Source: Nitrosopumilus sp.
Lineage (GTDB): Archaea > Thermoproteota > Nitrososphaeria > Nitrososphaerales > Nitrosopumilaceae
Length of the DNA: 64,000 bases
Direction: 5' to 3'
NCBI GenBank assembly: GCA_965238275.1
Contig: OZ250186.1
Coordinates: 1,536,001 to 1,600,000, forward strand
In this document: one piece after another, positions 10,311 through 19,985 of the stretch
Position numbering within the stretch: position 1 is the first letter of the stretch
Layout: each line of letters starts with the position of its first letter
Position numbers and translations under genes: made by a program
Notes under the pieces: generated by a model
Seen by the model: only the letters and a program-made list of their open reading frames with translations
What the model was told of the DNA's origin: nothing
Databases searched by the model: none

Positions 10311-10562
10311 ATGAGTTTGAGAGACATAGTAACAAGGCAGATTTTGAGAAAGATGTACTACGATGGATACATCGGGGCCAGACACACATCTGTGGACAAC
10401 CTACAAAAGGGCTTCCCAAAACACGAGCGCGGGAATGCAAACGATGCCGTCCAAAAACTGATAAGACAAAATCTTATAATTCCCAAATCCACATCTTATG
10501 GAAAGCATTGTTCACTTAATCACAATGAAATTAAAGAGATTAAAAGACTGATTGGCGTCTAG
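10311..10562 (+). CDS. Small basic hypothetical protein (GxxHT...KG.P.H.RG...SLN type)
   Basis: 83-aa AT-rich ORF, divergent from the wHTH gene. Confidence 0.75.
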   Translation: MSLRDIVTRQILRKMYYDGYIGARHTSVDNLQKGFPKHERGNANDAVQKLIRQNLIIPKSTSYGKHCSLNHNEIKEIKRLIGV

Positions 10563-10826
10563 TTCGATACAATGGTGCCTGGTGTTTCTGGAACTGCTGT
10601 TTTGGTAAAAGCAAGCACTTTCAGGATCGCTTGATGTGCCCGCTCCCGCCGTGCAAAGCAGGACACAAGAAATCATCGCTTCAGGCAGACTTGACAATGG
10701 GTTTTGGCGGATCGCTTGCGACTTGCCATGACTGTCGCAAAAGACTGACTTGGGCATGCCCGGAGGCAACTGCCTGATTCATCCTGTTAAGAATTTAAAT
10801 TCAGTCATGCCGCCTCGAAGAGTACC

Positions 10827-11651
10827 ATGACTAGGACGTTTGCCGTAATCGGTGATCCCATTGATCACTCCATGTCCCCAAACATCCACAGTGCGGCATT
10901 CAGGGAGCTTGGCATGGACTGCGCATACATCGCATACAGGATTCCAAGGGACGAGCTTGAGGAGGGCCTGGAGGGCCTCAAGAGGATCAAAGTCGACGGG
11001 TTCAACGTTACGATCCCCCACAAGATTGAGATGATGAGGCATCTTGACCGGGTCGACGAGTCATGCAGCCTGATCGGCGCAGTCAACACCGTTACAAACA
11101 GGGACGGACTGCTCAAGGGGTACAACACGGACATGGACGGATTCCTGGATCCCCTCAAAGAGAGGCGCCCTGACATCGGCGGCTCATCAGTGCTGCTGCT
11201 TGGCGCCGGAGGAGCCGCAAGGGCGCTGGTCACGGCATTTGCAAGGGAGGGCGCAGCAGGCATCACGATTGCAAACAGGACAGTGCAGAAGGCAGCCGGC
11301 CTTGCAGAGTTTGCCCAGAGGATGCATCTGAAGTCCAGGGCGGTCGGAATTGACAGCATAGGGGACTCTGCAAAGGACTATGACATTATTGTAAATGCCA
11401 CTGCCGCAGGACTCAGGGGGGAGCCCAGCCCGATCTCCCTGAAGGGCATATCTGCAGACACCATAGTGTACGATATAGTGTACTCCCCGATGAATACGGA
11501 CTTTATCCGGAAGGCAAAGGAAGAAAAGGCCGTCATAATCTTTGGTTATGAGATGCTTTTGGGACAGGCGGCAAGGACCTTTGAGATTTGGCACGACGGC
11601 ACCAAGCCACCATACAAGGCCATGAAGCGGGCGCTGCTTGGAGGGTTCTGA
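10827..11651 (+). CDS. aroE: Shikimate dehydrogenase
   Basis: HSMSP.IH, NVTIPHK, GAVNT, GYNTD, GAGGAA. Confidence 0.95.
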   Translation: MTRTFAVIGDPIDHSMSPNIHSAAFRELGMDCAYIAYRIPRDELEEGLEGLKRIKVDGFNVTIPHKIEMMRHLDRVDESCSLIGAVNTVTNRDGLLKGYNTDMDGFLDPLKERRPDIGGSSVLLLGAGGAARALVTAFAREGAAGITIANRTVQKAAGLAEFAQRMHLKSRAVGIDSIGDSAKDYDIIVNATAAGLRGEPSPISLKGISADTIVYDIVYSPMNTDFIRKAKEEKAVIIFGYEMLLGQAARTFEIWHDGTKPPYKAMKRALLGGF

Positions 11652-12508
11652 TGGCAGGGGCAAGGGCCACCGTTCACGGCGCAGTATCGCTTGTAAACGC
11701 AATAGCCATCCAAAAGGGCGCCACTGTGGGAATCGCCCTGAAGGTGGAGGCGACAGTACGTACGGCGCCTGGAAAGGGAGCAGTCGTCATACAGTCCGAC
11801 AAGCCTACAAGCTCCCGACTCGTACGCGGCACGGTGGCAAAGATAGTCTCAAAGAGAAACAGGGATCAGAACAGGATCACAGTATCGCTTGACTCTGAGA
11901 TTCCCGCAGGATACGGACTGAAGAGTTCCAGCGCCATCTCAAGTGCCGTGGCCCTGGCATGTGCGCGGATCTTCAAACCCGGACTCACAGACAGGCAGAT
12001 TCTGCTTGCAGGCGTCAACGCCTCAATCGAGTCCAGGGTCAGCATCACGGGGGCGTATGACGATGCATGCTCATGCTACTATGGGGGGTTCAACGTTACT
12101 GACAATGCAAAGAGAAAAAGGATCGCATTCGAGGACGGCCCGTCAGACATGACTGCAGTGATCCACGTTCCCAGAAAGAGAAAGAGGGGAAACATCAGGA
12201 ACCTCAGGAACCTCTCCTCCGTGTTTGGGCACGCCTGGGAACTGGCAAGGGACGCAAGATACTGGGATGCCATGACCATCAACGGGCTGGCGACTGCCGC
12301 CGTGCTGGGGGGACGCGATTCGGGAATCATTGCTGATCTTGTCGGGCGGGGCGCAGTCGGCGCATCAATATCCGGGAACGGCCCGGCAATCGCAGCGGTG
12401 GTCCAAAAGGGCAACGAATCGGGAATCAAAAGGGTGTTTGCAGCACTTGACGGAACCACCATACTTTCAGACATAAGCAACACAAAGGCGCATGTCCATG
12501 AGGTGTAG
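11651..12508 (+). CDS. aroK: Archaeal GHMP-type shikimate kinase
   Basis: GAVSLVNAI, GLKSSSA, ITGAYDD, SGNGP; ATG overlaps aroE stop. Confidence 0.92.
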   Translation: MAGARATVHGAVSLVNAIAIQKGATVGIALKVEATVRTAPGKGAVVIQSDKPTSSRLVRGTVAKIVSKRNRDQNRITVSLDSEIPAGYGLKSSSAISSAVALACARIFKPGLTDRQILLAGVNASIESRVSITGAYDDACSCYYGGFNVTDNAKRKRIAFEDGPSDMTAVIHVPRKRKRGNIRNLRNLSSVFGHAWELARDARYWDAMTINGLATAAVLGGRDSGIIADLVGRGAVGASISGNGPAIAAVVQKGNESGIKRVFAALDGTTILSDISNTKAHVHEV

Positions 12509-13778
12509 GGTGGAGAGATCAACCATATCGGGGAGCATCCAGTGTCCCCCCAACAAGAGCTACACGCACAGGGCAATCTTTCTTGCCTCGCTTGCAGGGG
12601 GCGGCAGCACGGTGAAAAACATCCTGTCCTCTGCAGACACGGCAGCAACCATCGAGGCCTGCAAAAAATTCGGGGCAGTCATCACCGCCAAGGGCTCCTC
12701 AATAACAGTCAAAAGCCCCATAACAACAGACGCGCGCGTGCCTGAGATTAATACGGAAAACTCTGGCACCACCATCAGAATCGCATCCGGCATTGCGGGC
12801 CTCTTCTCTGAGAGGATCACGCTCACAGGCGACCAGAGTCTCCAAAAGAGGCCGATGCAGCCGCTGCTTGATGCGCTTGCAAGCATGGGTGCCGAGTGCA
12901 CCTCTACTGGCGGACGGCCGCCAATCAGCATCAGGGGAAGGATTCGCGGCGGAAGCATCCGGATTCCAGGCGATCTGTCAAGCCAGTTCATATCCGCCCT
13001 GATGATTGCAGCACCGCTGACAGGAAACGGCATAAACCTGGTCATCGAGGGAAACATGGTCTCAAAGCCATACCTTGATGCAACCATTGCAACCATGAGA
13101 CGATTCGGCGTGTCAGTCCAGACTGTGATCCCGTACAAGAGGTACAACATAGCACCCCAGATATACCGGCCCGGGACATTTACAGTCCCGATTGACTTTT
13201 CAAGCCTTGCGCTGCTTCTCTCGGCTGCCGCGCTCAACGGGGACGGGATTACCATCCTGGGCAATATCGGCGACCTGCCCCAGAGCGACGAGGTATTCAT
13301 TGACATTCTAGAACAGATGGGGGCAGAGATCCTCATCGGCGACGGGGAGATTGGCATAAAGGCGCCTGACCGGTTGAGAGGCGGCAGGTTTGATCTGAAC
13401 AACTCGCCGGACCTGCTTCCGCCCCTCTCGATACTGGCACTGAAATCATCAGAACCCATTGAGATTGTAAACGTAAGACATGCAAGACTCAAGGAGACTG
13501 ACAGGATTGCAGTAATCGCAAGGGAGCTTGAAAAGCTCGGCGTCGGAGTCCTGGAAAGGGATGACGGCCTCGTCCTGAATCCGCCAGACACGCTGCACGG
13601 GGCTGACATGAACTCGGAAAACGATCACCGGCTGTTCATGGCATTTTGCATAGCCTGCATGCATGTGGGGGGCTGCACCGTAACGGATCCCGAGTCAGTC
13701 AGGATATCCTATCCGGACTTTATCAATGAGATGCGCCGCATCGGGGCAATAATTCAGCAGGATGATGATGAGGAGTAG
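12492..13778 (+). CDS. aroA: EPSP synthase
   Basis: NKSYTHRA, ENSGTTIR, SSQFISAL, RLKETDRI, DHRLFM. Confidence 0.95.
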   Translation: MSMRCRVERSTISGSIQCPPNKSYTHRAIFLASLAGGGSTVKNILSSADTAATIEACKKFGAVITAKGSSITVKSPITTDARVPEINTENSGTTIRIASGIAGLFSERITLTGDQSLQKRPMQPLLDALASMGAECTSTGGRPPISIRGRIRGGSIRIPGDLSSQFISALMIAAPLTGNGINLVIEGNMVSKPYLDATIATMRRFGVSVQTVIPYKRYNIAPQIYRPGTFTVPIDFSSLALLLSAAALNGDGITILGNIGDLPQSDEVFIDILEQMGAEILIGDGEIGIKAPDRLRGGRFDLNNSPDLLPPLSILALKSSEPIEIVNVRHARLKETDRIAVIARELEKLGVGVLERDDGLVLNPPDTLHGADMNSENDHRLFMAFCIACMHVGGCTVTDPESVRISYPDFINEMRRIGAIIQQDDDEE

Positions 13779-13854
13779 TGGCGCGATCCCGTATATGGCA
13801 GGACACACTCCTATCCACAACGCCTTTGCGTTGATAACATGCATTTTTCACGGG

Positions 13855-14001
13855 ATCGCGCAGATTATGCCATGAAATTTACACGTTTGGCCATAATGTA
13901 ACATATACGTAATTATGATATATAACAGTGTGTGAATCGCGCAGATTGCATGAAATTTACACGTTTGGCCATATAACATAGTAATTATGATATATAACAG
14001 T
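13855..14001. repeat. Imperfect AT-rich direct repeat, 2 copies (13855-13929, 13936-14001)
   Basis: atcgcgcagatt..catgaaatttacacgtttggccata..gtaattatgatatataacagt twice. Confidence 0.9.
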
Positions 14002-14232
14002 TAATTGCAATTTTTACAAGTAATGTACCCAAAACCATGATTTATTGGGCCTGGCTACGTCAGGACATCCCTCGGGATTCGGGTTACGCCTGTGTGAACC
14101 GTGCAGGCTGCCGTCGTGCCTGGTTGGATTGCATGGGCATGCACGCGCCATCTGCCCCATTCGGGCCCGGCGTGCCTGCGATGGGCATGGCAGGGATGAG
14201 GAATTATAAGCATGGCTTGATTCTGATATTGT

Positions 14233-15327
14233 ATGCCGGGAAACTCCATTGGTCAGCGTCTGGTGCTTACAAGCTTTGGCGAAAGCCATGGGAAGGTCGT
14301 CGGGGCGGTTCTGGACGGATGCCCCGCGGGACTGGAGCTTGACGAGTCTGATATCCAGGGCATGCTTGACAAGAGAAGGCCCGGCCAGAACATCATCTCA
14401 ACGCAGAGAAAGGAGACTGACGTTGTGGAGATTATATCTGGGGTCTTTAGGGGGCATACCACCGGGGCGCCGATTACGATGCTGATATGCAACAGTGATC
14501 AGAGATCCGGCGATTATGACGAGATGAGGACAAGGCTGAGGCCGGGCCATTCGGACTATCCTGCGATGATAAAGTACGGCAGATACAATGACTACCGGGG
14601 AGGGGGCAGGTTCTCCGGAAGACTGACTGCCACCCACGTGATGGGGGGCGCCATTGCAAGAAAGCTTCTGCTGGTTGCCATGGGGGTGAAGACGGACTCG
14701 TATACGCTCCAGATAGGCAGTACAAAGATGAAGAAGGGGTTCACCCGGGGGATGTCAGGCGCAATTTATAAAAACGAGGTCAGGTGCCCGGAGGCCGGGA
14801 CCGCAGAGGAGATGCGCAGGGAGATCCTGAATGCAAAAAAGAGCGGGGACTCGCTTGGCGGAATAATCGAGTCAGTCACAACCAACGTCCCGACGGGACT
14901 CGGCGAGCCGATATTTGGCTCGCTGGAATCGGATCTGGGAAAGGCGATATTCTCAATCCCGTCAGTCAAGGGCGTGGAGTTTGGCTCCGGATTTGCAGGA
15001 TCAGGGATGCGAGGCTCGGAGAACAACGATATCTATACCGTCCGAAAGGGAAAGATAGTCACGAGGACCAACAACTCGGGCGGGATTCTTGGCGGAATAT
15101 CAATTGGCATGCCCATTACCATGAGGGTGGCCTTCAAGCCGGCATCGTCGATTGCCCAGAAGCAGGATACAGTAGACATCGATACCAACAGGAAGGCGGT
15201 GCTCAGCGTAAAGGGACGGCACGATCCGTGCGTGGTTCCCAGGGCCCCGCCGGTCGTGGATTCGCTTGTGGCGCTGACAATAGCGGATCATGCCCTGATG
15301 GCAGGAGAGATCAAGCCGGTTTTGTAG
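14233..15327 (+). CDS. aroC: Chorismate synthase
   Basis: FGESHG, RPGHSD, GGGRFSGR, GRHDPCV. Confidence 0.96.
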   Translation: MPGNSIGQRLVLTSFGESHGKVVGAVLDGCPAGLELDESDIQGMLDKRRPGQNIISTQRKETDVVEIISGVFRGHTTGAPITMLICNSDQRSGDYDEMRTRLRPGHSDYPAMIKYGRYNDYRGGGRFSGRLTATHVMGGAIARKLLLVAMGVKTDSYTLQIGSTKMKKGFTRGMSGAIYKNEVRCPEAGTAEEMRREILNAKKSGDSLGGIIESVTTNVPTGLGEPIFGSLESDLGKAIFSIPSVKGVEFGSGFAGSGMRGSENNDIYTVRKGKIVTRTNNSGGILGGISIGMPITMRVAFKPASSIAQKQDTVDIDTNRKAVLSVKGRHDPCVVPRAPPVVDSLVALTIADHALMAGEIKPVL

Positions 15328-15328
15328 C

Positions 15329-16699
15329 ATGTCTGAGATAGATAGGCTCCGAGAGGAGATGGACACGGTGACCCTTGACATGATACGGCTGCTGGGCCTC
15401 CGGATTGAGATATCCAAGAAGATGGGTGCTGCAAAGAGACGCAGCGGCGTGGCAGTCAACGACGAGGTGCGGGAGGCGGACCTGCGCGGCAAGGTAACAC
15501 GCCTGTGCGGCGAACTCGGCCTGGACAGGTCAGTTGCAGTACGGTTCCTAAGCTACATGATAAACGAGTCAGTAAAGGTCCAGTCAGCAGACATCCGGAC
15601 ACACCTGTCAGTATTTCTCAAGGCAAAATCGCTGGAGGCGCAGGGCAGAAGGATAATACACATGGAAGTCGGCGAGCCGGACTTTATGCCTCCGGGCATC
15701 GTCCGGGATGCGCTGACAGATGCCTTTGACAAGGGGCTCCTCAAGTACGGCCCGGCCACGGGCATTCCTGCATTCAGGGAGGCGCTTGCCGGATACGCCT
15801 CAAAAAAATTCAATGCCGATGTGACACCAGACAACATCATCGTGAGTCCCGGTGCCCGTTTTTCAATATTTGCTGCAATCACGACGCTTCTCAATCCTGG
15901 AGACGAGATGATAGTAATAGAGCCTGCATGGCCTGCATACCGGGACTGCGCCTTGCACGCAGGAGTCAAGGTCGAGACAGTCCGCACTAGCATGGCAGAC
16001 AGGTGGGAGCCGTCCGTGGAGCAGGTACAAGAGAAGATCAATGAAAACACAAAGATGATCGTGCTCAACTACCCAAACAACCCCACGGGCAAGATTCTGG
16101 ATGCAAAAGTGCAAGATGGGATAATGAAGGCTGTCATGGAAAATGATCTGTATGTGCTTAGCGATGAGATCTATTCAGAGTATGCGGGGCCGGGCTGGAA
16201 GAGCATTCTGGAGTACGGCTACAAAAAAAGCATAGTCACGCAGTCCTTCTCAAAATCCCACGCCATGACAGGCTTTAGAATCGGGTTTGCAGTGGCTCGT
16301 CAGGACATAATCCAAAAGATGGCCCGGCTGTGGTCGCTCTGCATAACAAGTGTTGCAGAGCCTGTCCAGTATGCGGCCATGAGGGCCCTTGAGGCAGACA
16401 CGTCAGGCAACGCAGAGACGATACGGGGAAGGCTTGAAGTGCTGGCACAAAAGGCCGGAGAGATAGGACTGGACTTTGTCGCCCCTGACGGCGCAATGTA
16501 CCTGTTTGCAAGGGTCAGCCAGAACGGCTTTGACGGGGTCCGTTTTGCCGACAGGGCCCTTGAAAGGGGCCTGGCAGTGGCCCCCGGGGAGGGGTTTGGC
16601 AACTACAAGGACTTTATCCGAATATCGGCATGCCGGGATGAAAAAACACTAATTGAGGGCTTGCGTATATTGGGTGACATCATGGGCGAGGAACAATGA
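15329..16699 (+). CDS. Chorismate mutase fused to class I/II aminotransferase
   Basis: N-terminal IDRLREEMD..RE AroQ domain; NYPNNPTG, SDEIY, SFSKSHAMTGFRIG. Confidence 0.9.
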   Translation: MSEIDRLREEMDTVTLDMIRLLGLRIEISKKMGAAKRRSGVAVNDEVREADLRGKVTRLCGELGLDRSVAVRFLSYMINESVKVQSADIRTHLSVFLKAKSLEAQGRRIIHMEVGEPDFMPPGIVRDALTDAFDKGLLKYGPATGIPAFREALAGYASKKFNADVTPDNIIVSPGARFSIFAAITTLLNPGDEMIVIEPAWPAYRDCALHAGVKVETVRTSMADRWEPSVEQVQEKINENTKMIVLNYPNNPTGKILDAKVQDGIMKAVMENDLYVLSDEIYSEYAGPGWKSILEYGYKKSIVTQSFSKSHAMTGFRIGFAVARQDIIQKMARLWSLCITSVAEPVQYAAMRALEADTSGNAETIRGRLEVLAQKAGEIGLDFVAPDGAMYLFARVSQNGFDGVRFADRALERGLAVAPGEGFGNYKDFIRISACRDEKTLIEGLRILGDIMGEEQ

Positions 16700-17547
16700 A
16701 GATCACAGTGATTGGTGCAGGGGGCCAGATGGGGCAGTGGTTTACAAAGTACTTTGCCAACAAGGGTTTTGAGGTGACAGGGTATGACTCGGAAAACGAG
16801 GTGTCCGGAAAGAATGTCGCTGTTGGAAACTCGCTGGTCGGCTCGATTCTCAAAACCGACTACGTCATGCTGTGCACCCCTACAAGAAGGACGCCTGAGA
16901 TCATCAGGCTTATTGCAAAGGAGATGCAGAGGGGCACGTATCTCATCGATATATCCTCTGAGAAATCCAAGGTCGCATCGTCCCTCTCAAAGATGCCGGC
17001 AAAGATAAACCCCATATGCATACATCCGATGTTTGGCCCGGGGGTAAAGACGATAAAGGGCCAGAACATAATTACAGTTCCCATAAGGGATGCCAAAAAG
17101 GAGCTTGACATCGTCAAATCACTCTTCGGGGAGGCCAACTTTGTTACCATTGATGCAGCAGAGCATGACAAGAGAATTGCAGTGATTCTGGGGCTGACAC
17201 ACCTGATTAACCTGGTATTTGCAAGCATCATCTCAAAGAACGAGAAGGTCCTGCTTACCGAGAGGATGTCTGGAACCACGTTCAGGGTGCAAAAGACGCT
17301 GGCAGAGAGCATCATGAGGGAGTCCCCGGAGCTTATCGAGACGATCATCGCGAATCCGGATATCCGCAAGTTTGCAGAGGAACTCTGGAAGGACATCGGC
17401 AGGCTCATTACGTCTGTTCAGGAATCCAAGACAGAGGAGATCCTCCAGTACATCAAGGACTGTCAGGAAAGGCTTGCAGCGCATACTGACATTGACGAAT
17501 CCTACAAGAGACTTGCAAAGATGGTAAAGGCAGTTGAAAAGCAGTAG
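16696..17547 (+). CDS. tyrA: Prephenate dehydrogenase
   Basis: GAGGQMG, HPMFGP, EHDKRIAVILGLTH. Confidence 0.9.
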   Translation: MKITVIGAGGQMGQWFTKYFANKGFEVTGYDSENEVSGKNVAVGNSLVGSILKTDYVMLCTPTRRTPEIIRLIAKEMQRGTYLIDISSEKSKVASSLSKMPAKINPICIHPMFGPGVKTIKGQNIITVPIRDAKKELDIVKSLFGEANFVTIDAAEHDKRIAVILGLTHLINLVFASIISKNEKVLLTERMSGTTFRVQKTLAESIMRESPELIETIIANPDIRKFAEELWKDIGRLITSVQESKTEEILQYIKDCQERLAAHTDIDESYKRLAKMVKAVEKQ

Positions 17548-17552
17548 CTAGG

Positions 17553-17957
17553 ATGCGCTCTACAAGGATAGTCACATCGTTTATCATGTATGGCAAAAGG
17601 ATACTGATCCTCAAGAGGAGCAGCAGCGTAAGGTCCATGAAGGGACTGTGGGCAGGCGTCAGCGGCATCATCGAGCGGAACGAGGATCCGCTAAAAAGGG
17701 CAAAGATCGAGATATTTGAGGAGGTCGGAATCCCGGAGGATCGGCTTGCCCTGATCAACTCTGCAGACCAGATGACAGTCAGCTCGCCGCAGTACAGGAA
17801 TCACGAGTGGAGGATATTCCCGTTTCTCTTTGAGGCAAGGAGCCCGGCAATCAGGCTGAACTGGGAAAACTCAGAGTTCAAATGGATAGGAATTGACGAA
17901 CTGGACAACTACAGGACCGTCCCCAGCCTTCAAAGGGTTCTACTCAGCCTGCTGTAG
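17553..17957 (+). CDS. NUDIX hydrolase
   Basis: ILKRS..V...GLWAGVSG....EDP...A..EI.EEVG. Confidence 0.85.
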   Translation: MRSTRIVTSFIMYGKRILILKRSSSVRSMKGLWAGVSGIIERNEDPLKRAKIEIFEEVGIPEDRLALINSADQMTVSSPQYRNHEWRIFPFLFEARSPAIRLNWENSEFKWIGIDELDNYRTVPSLQRVLLSLL

Positions 17958-19265
17958 GACGGCGCTCTCGGCGTAGTTCTTCTGCTGTGGCAGCATCATG
18001 TAGACGCACGCCCCGCCGCACATGGTACACGGAACATTGTTCCCCGGGTGCTGTCCGGTCCTGCTGTGGATTCGTGCAGCCTCTTCGGGATCAATGGACA
18101 GCGCAATCTGCTTCTCCCAGTTAAGGGTGCGTCTGGCCTCGGTCATCTCCGTATCCCATTTGATTGCCTTGTCCCGAATCTTGACAAGGTCGCCTGCGTG
18201 TGCTGCAATCCTGTATGCCATGAGTCCGGCCTTGACCTCATCCACATTTGGCAGTGCCAGGTGTTCTGACGGGGTAAGATAACACAGGAGGTCAACGCCC
18301 TCGCTTGCAGAGATCGCCGCACCTATGGCGCTTGCGATGTGATCGTGTCCGGAGGCAATGTCAGTCACCAGCGGCCCGAGGACATAATAGGGCACGTCAC
18401 CAATCAGGGACTTTGCCAGCCGCACGTTGGCTGCAACCTCGTTGAGCGGTACGTGGCCTGGCCCCTCCACCATCACCTGGACGTCCTGCTGGTGCGCGCG
18501 CTTTGTCAGCTGCGAGATGTTTATCATCTCCTGGACCTGCAGCTCGTCATGGGAGTCCAGTATTGATCCCGGTCTGAGTGCATCCCCGAGGCTGAACGTA
18601 ACGTCATATTTTTTTGCAATCTCCATCAGGTAGTCGTAGTGTGTCAGGTACGGATTCTCCTTGTCGTGCTTTAGCATCCATGCCGCAGTAATTGTGCCGC
18701 CCTTGCTAACAATGCCGCCGTGCCGCCTGACCTGGAGTATCCTCTTTGCAATGGCCTTGGTGATTCCGCAGTGGATCGTGGTATAGTCCACCCCGTCCTT
18801 GGCGTTGTTTTCAAAGGCATTCAGATAGTCATCCTCAGTCAGGTTCAGCGGGTTCTTGTGGACGCTTACCCCGTAGTTGTACGCCTCATAGATTGGAACG
18901 GTTCCAAACGTTATGGGTGCCGAATCAAGAAGACTCCTCCGTATCTCCCCGACATCCCCGCCGTCACTGAGATCCATTATCGTATCTGCGTGATACTTTA
19001 CAGCGGTCCTGGCCTTTTTGATCTCCTCGTCTAAGTTGACATTCAGTGTGGATGTTCCAATGTTTACATTTACCTTTGTCTTGAGGCCCCGCCCTATCCC
19101 GACATTGTGGATGTTTTGTGGGCGCCGGTTGTTGCTGGGAATTATGATTGAACCGCGGGCAATCTTTGGGATGAGCCATTCCAGGGAGACATCCTCGTCC
19201 CTTGCCACCTGCCGCATCTCGTCAGTGGCGACACCACGGCGGGCGGCAGTCATTTGCGTAGCCAT
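17940..19265 (-). CDS. thiC: Phosphomethylpyrimidine synthase
   Basis: TKVNVNIGTS, SLGDALRPG, EGPGHVP, CYLTPSEHL, CTMCGGAC. Confidence 0.96.
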   Translation of the reverse strand: MATQMTAARRGVATDEMRQVARDEDVSLEWLIPKIARGSIIIPSNNRRPQNIHNVGIGRGLKTKVNVNIGTSTLNVNLDEEIKKARTAVKYHADTIMDLSDGGDVGEIRRSLLDSAPITFGTVPIYEAYNYGVSVHKNPLNLTEDDYLNAFENNAKDGVDYTTIHCGITKAIAKRILQVRRHGGIVSKGGTITAAWMLKHDKENPYLTHYDYLMEIAKKYDVTFSLGDALRPGSILDSHDELQVQEMINISQLTKRAHQQDVQVMVEGPGHVPLNEVAANVRLAKSLIGDVPYYVLGPLVTDIASGHDHIASAIGAAISASEGVDLLCYLTPSEHLALPNVDEVKAGLMAYRIAAHAGDLVKIRDKAIKWDTEMTEARRTLNWEKQIALSIDPEEAARIHSRTGQHPGNNVPCTMCGGACVYMMLPQQKNYAESAVLQQAE

Positions 19266-19535
19266 TAATCAGTATGAACCATTACCTGATTTAAACAGCT
19301 ACGGTATGTCCCCCTCATGAAGGGCTATCACACAGGGTCTTCCGGGCACGTGATGTTGACTGGCACGGAACTCCCTGCATGGCCGCCGTACCCTGCGACA
19401 GCGCCGCATCATCCCAGGACATGGCATCCTCGGGATGGATGGCGCTAATCTTGGCATCTGCCCCATTCGTCGTCGCACTTGCTGCAGGACCACCGATCAG
19501 CCAAAATAGTTAAATGAAAACGCAGTCATACCAAT

Positions 19536-19949
19536 GTGATGAATGTCTTTGAAAAGCTCTTTGACTGGAAGACCTACATATTTACGGCACTTGCAGTGAT
19601 CTCGTTTTCAAATTTTGTAGCGGTTCTCTTCGGGCAGACGATACCGGGAATAATCGTGGACTTTTTCAGGGTGGCCGGAGAGTATGTTGTTCTGGGGGCA
19701 GTCTTTGTCTTTGCACTGACGTGGCTTCTCAAGGCAAAGCCGCGCACCCGCCCAAAACAGTACTCCGTGGTGGTATTTGACGTGTTTGGGAACATGGACA
19801 CGATTGACGGGATCCGGACCGAGTTCAAGACATTTGATGTGGCATGGAGCTTTATGAAGCAGTACAAAAAGTCATATCCGCTGTACAACTTTGCCATGGT
19901 CTCTGATCTTCCAAAGTCAGACAAGCCGACGATATTCAAGTACATCTGA
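19536..19949 (+). CDS. Hypothetical membrane protein
   Basis: Two N-terminal hydrophobic segments; TTAAAT box upstream. Confidence 0.7.
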   Translation: MMNVFEKLFDWKTYIFTALAVISFSNFVAVLFGQTIPGIIVDFFRVAGEYVVLGAVFVFALTWLLKAKPRTRPKQYSVVVFDVFGNMDTIDGIRTEFKTFDVAWSFMKQYKKSYPLYNFAMVSDLPKSDKPTIFKYI

Positions 19950-19985
19950 ATCAGATTTTTATTCATGACCGGGTAAGGGGTTGAA

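Noticed and set aside
15329-16699. Chorismate mutase-aminotransferase fusion as a novelty
   Set aside because: Fits the operon logic and, as I recall, is typical of this lineage.
19266-19500. TPP riboswitch upstream of thiC
   Set aside because: No CUGAGA/ACCUGA consensus seen; a TTTAAA box ~25 bp from the ATG implies a near-leaderless transcript.
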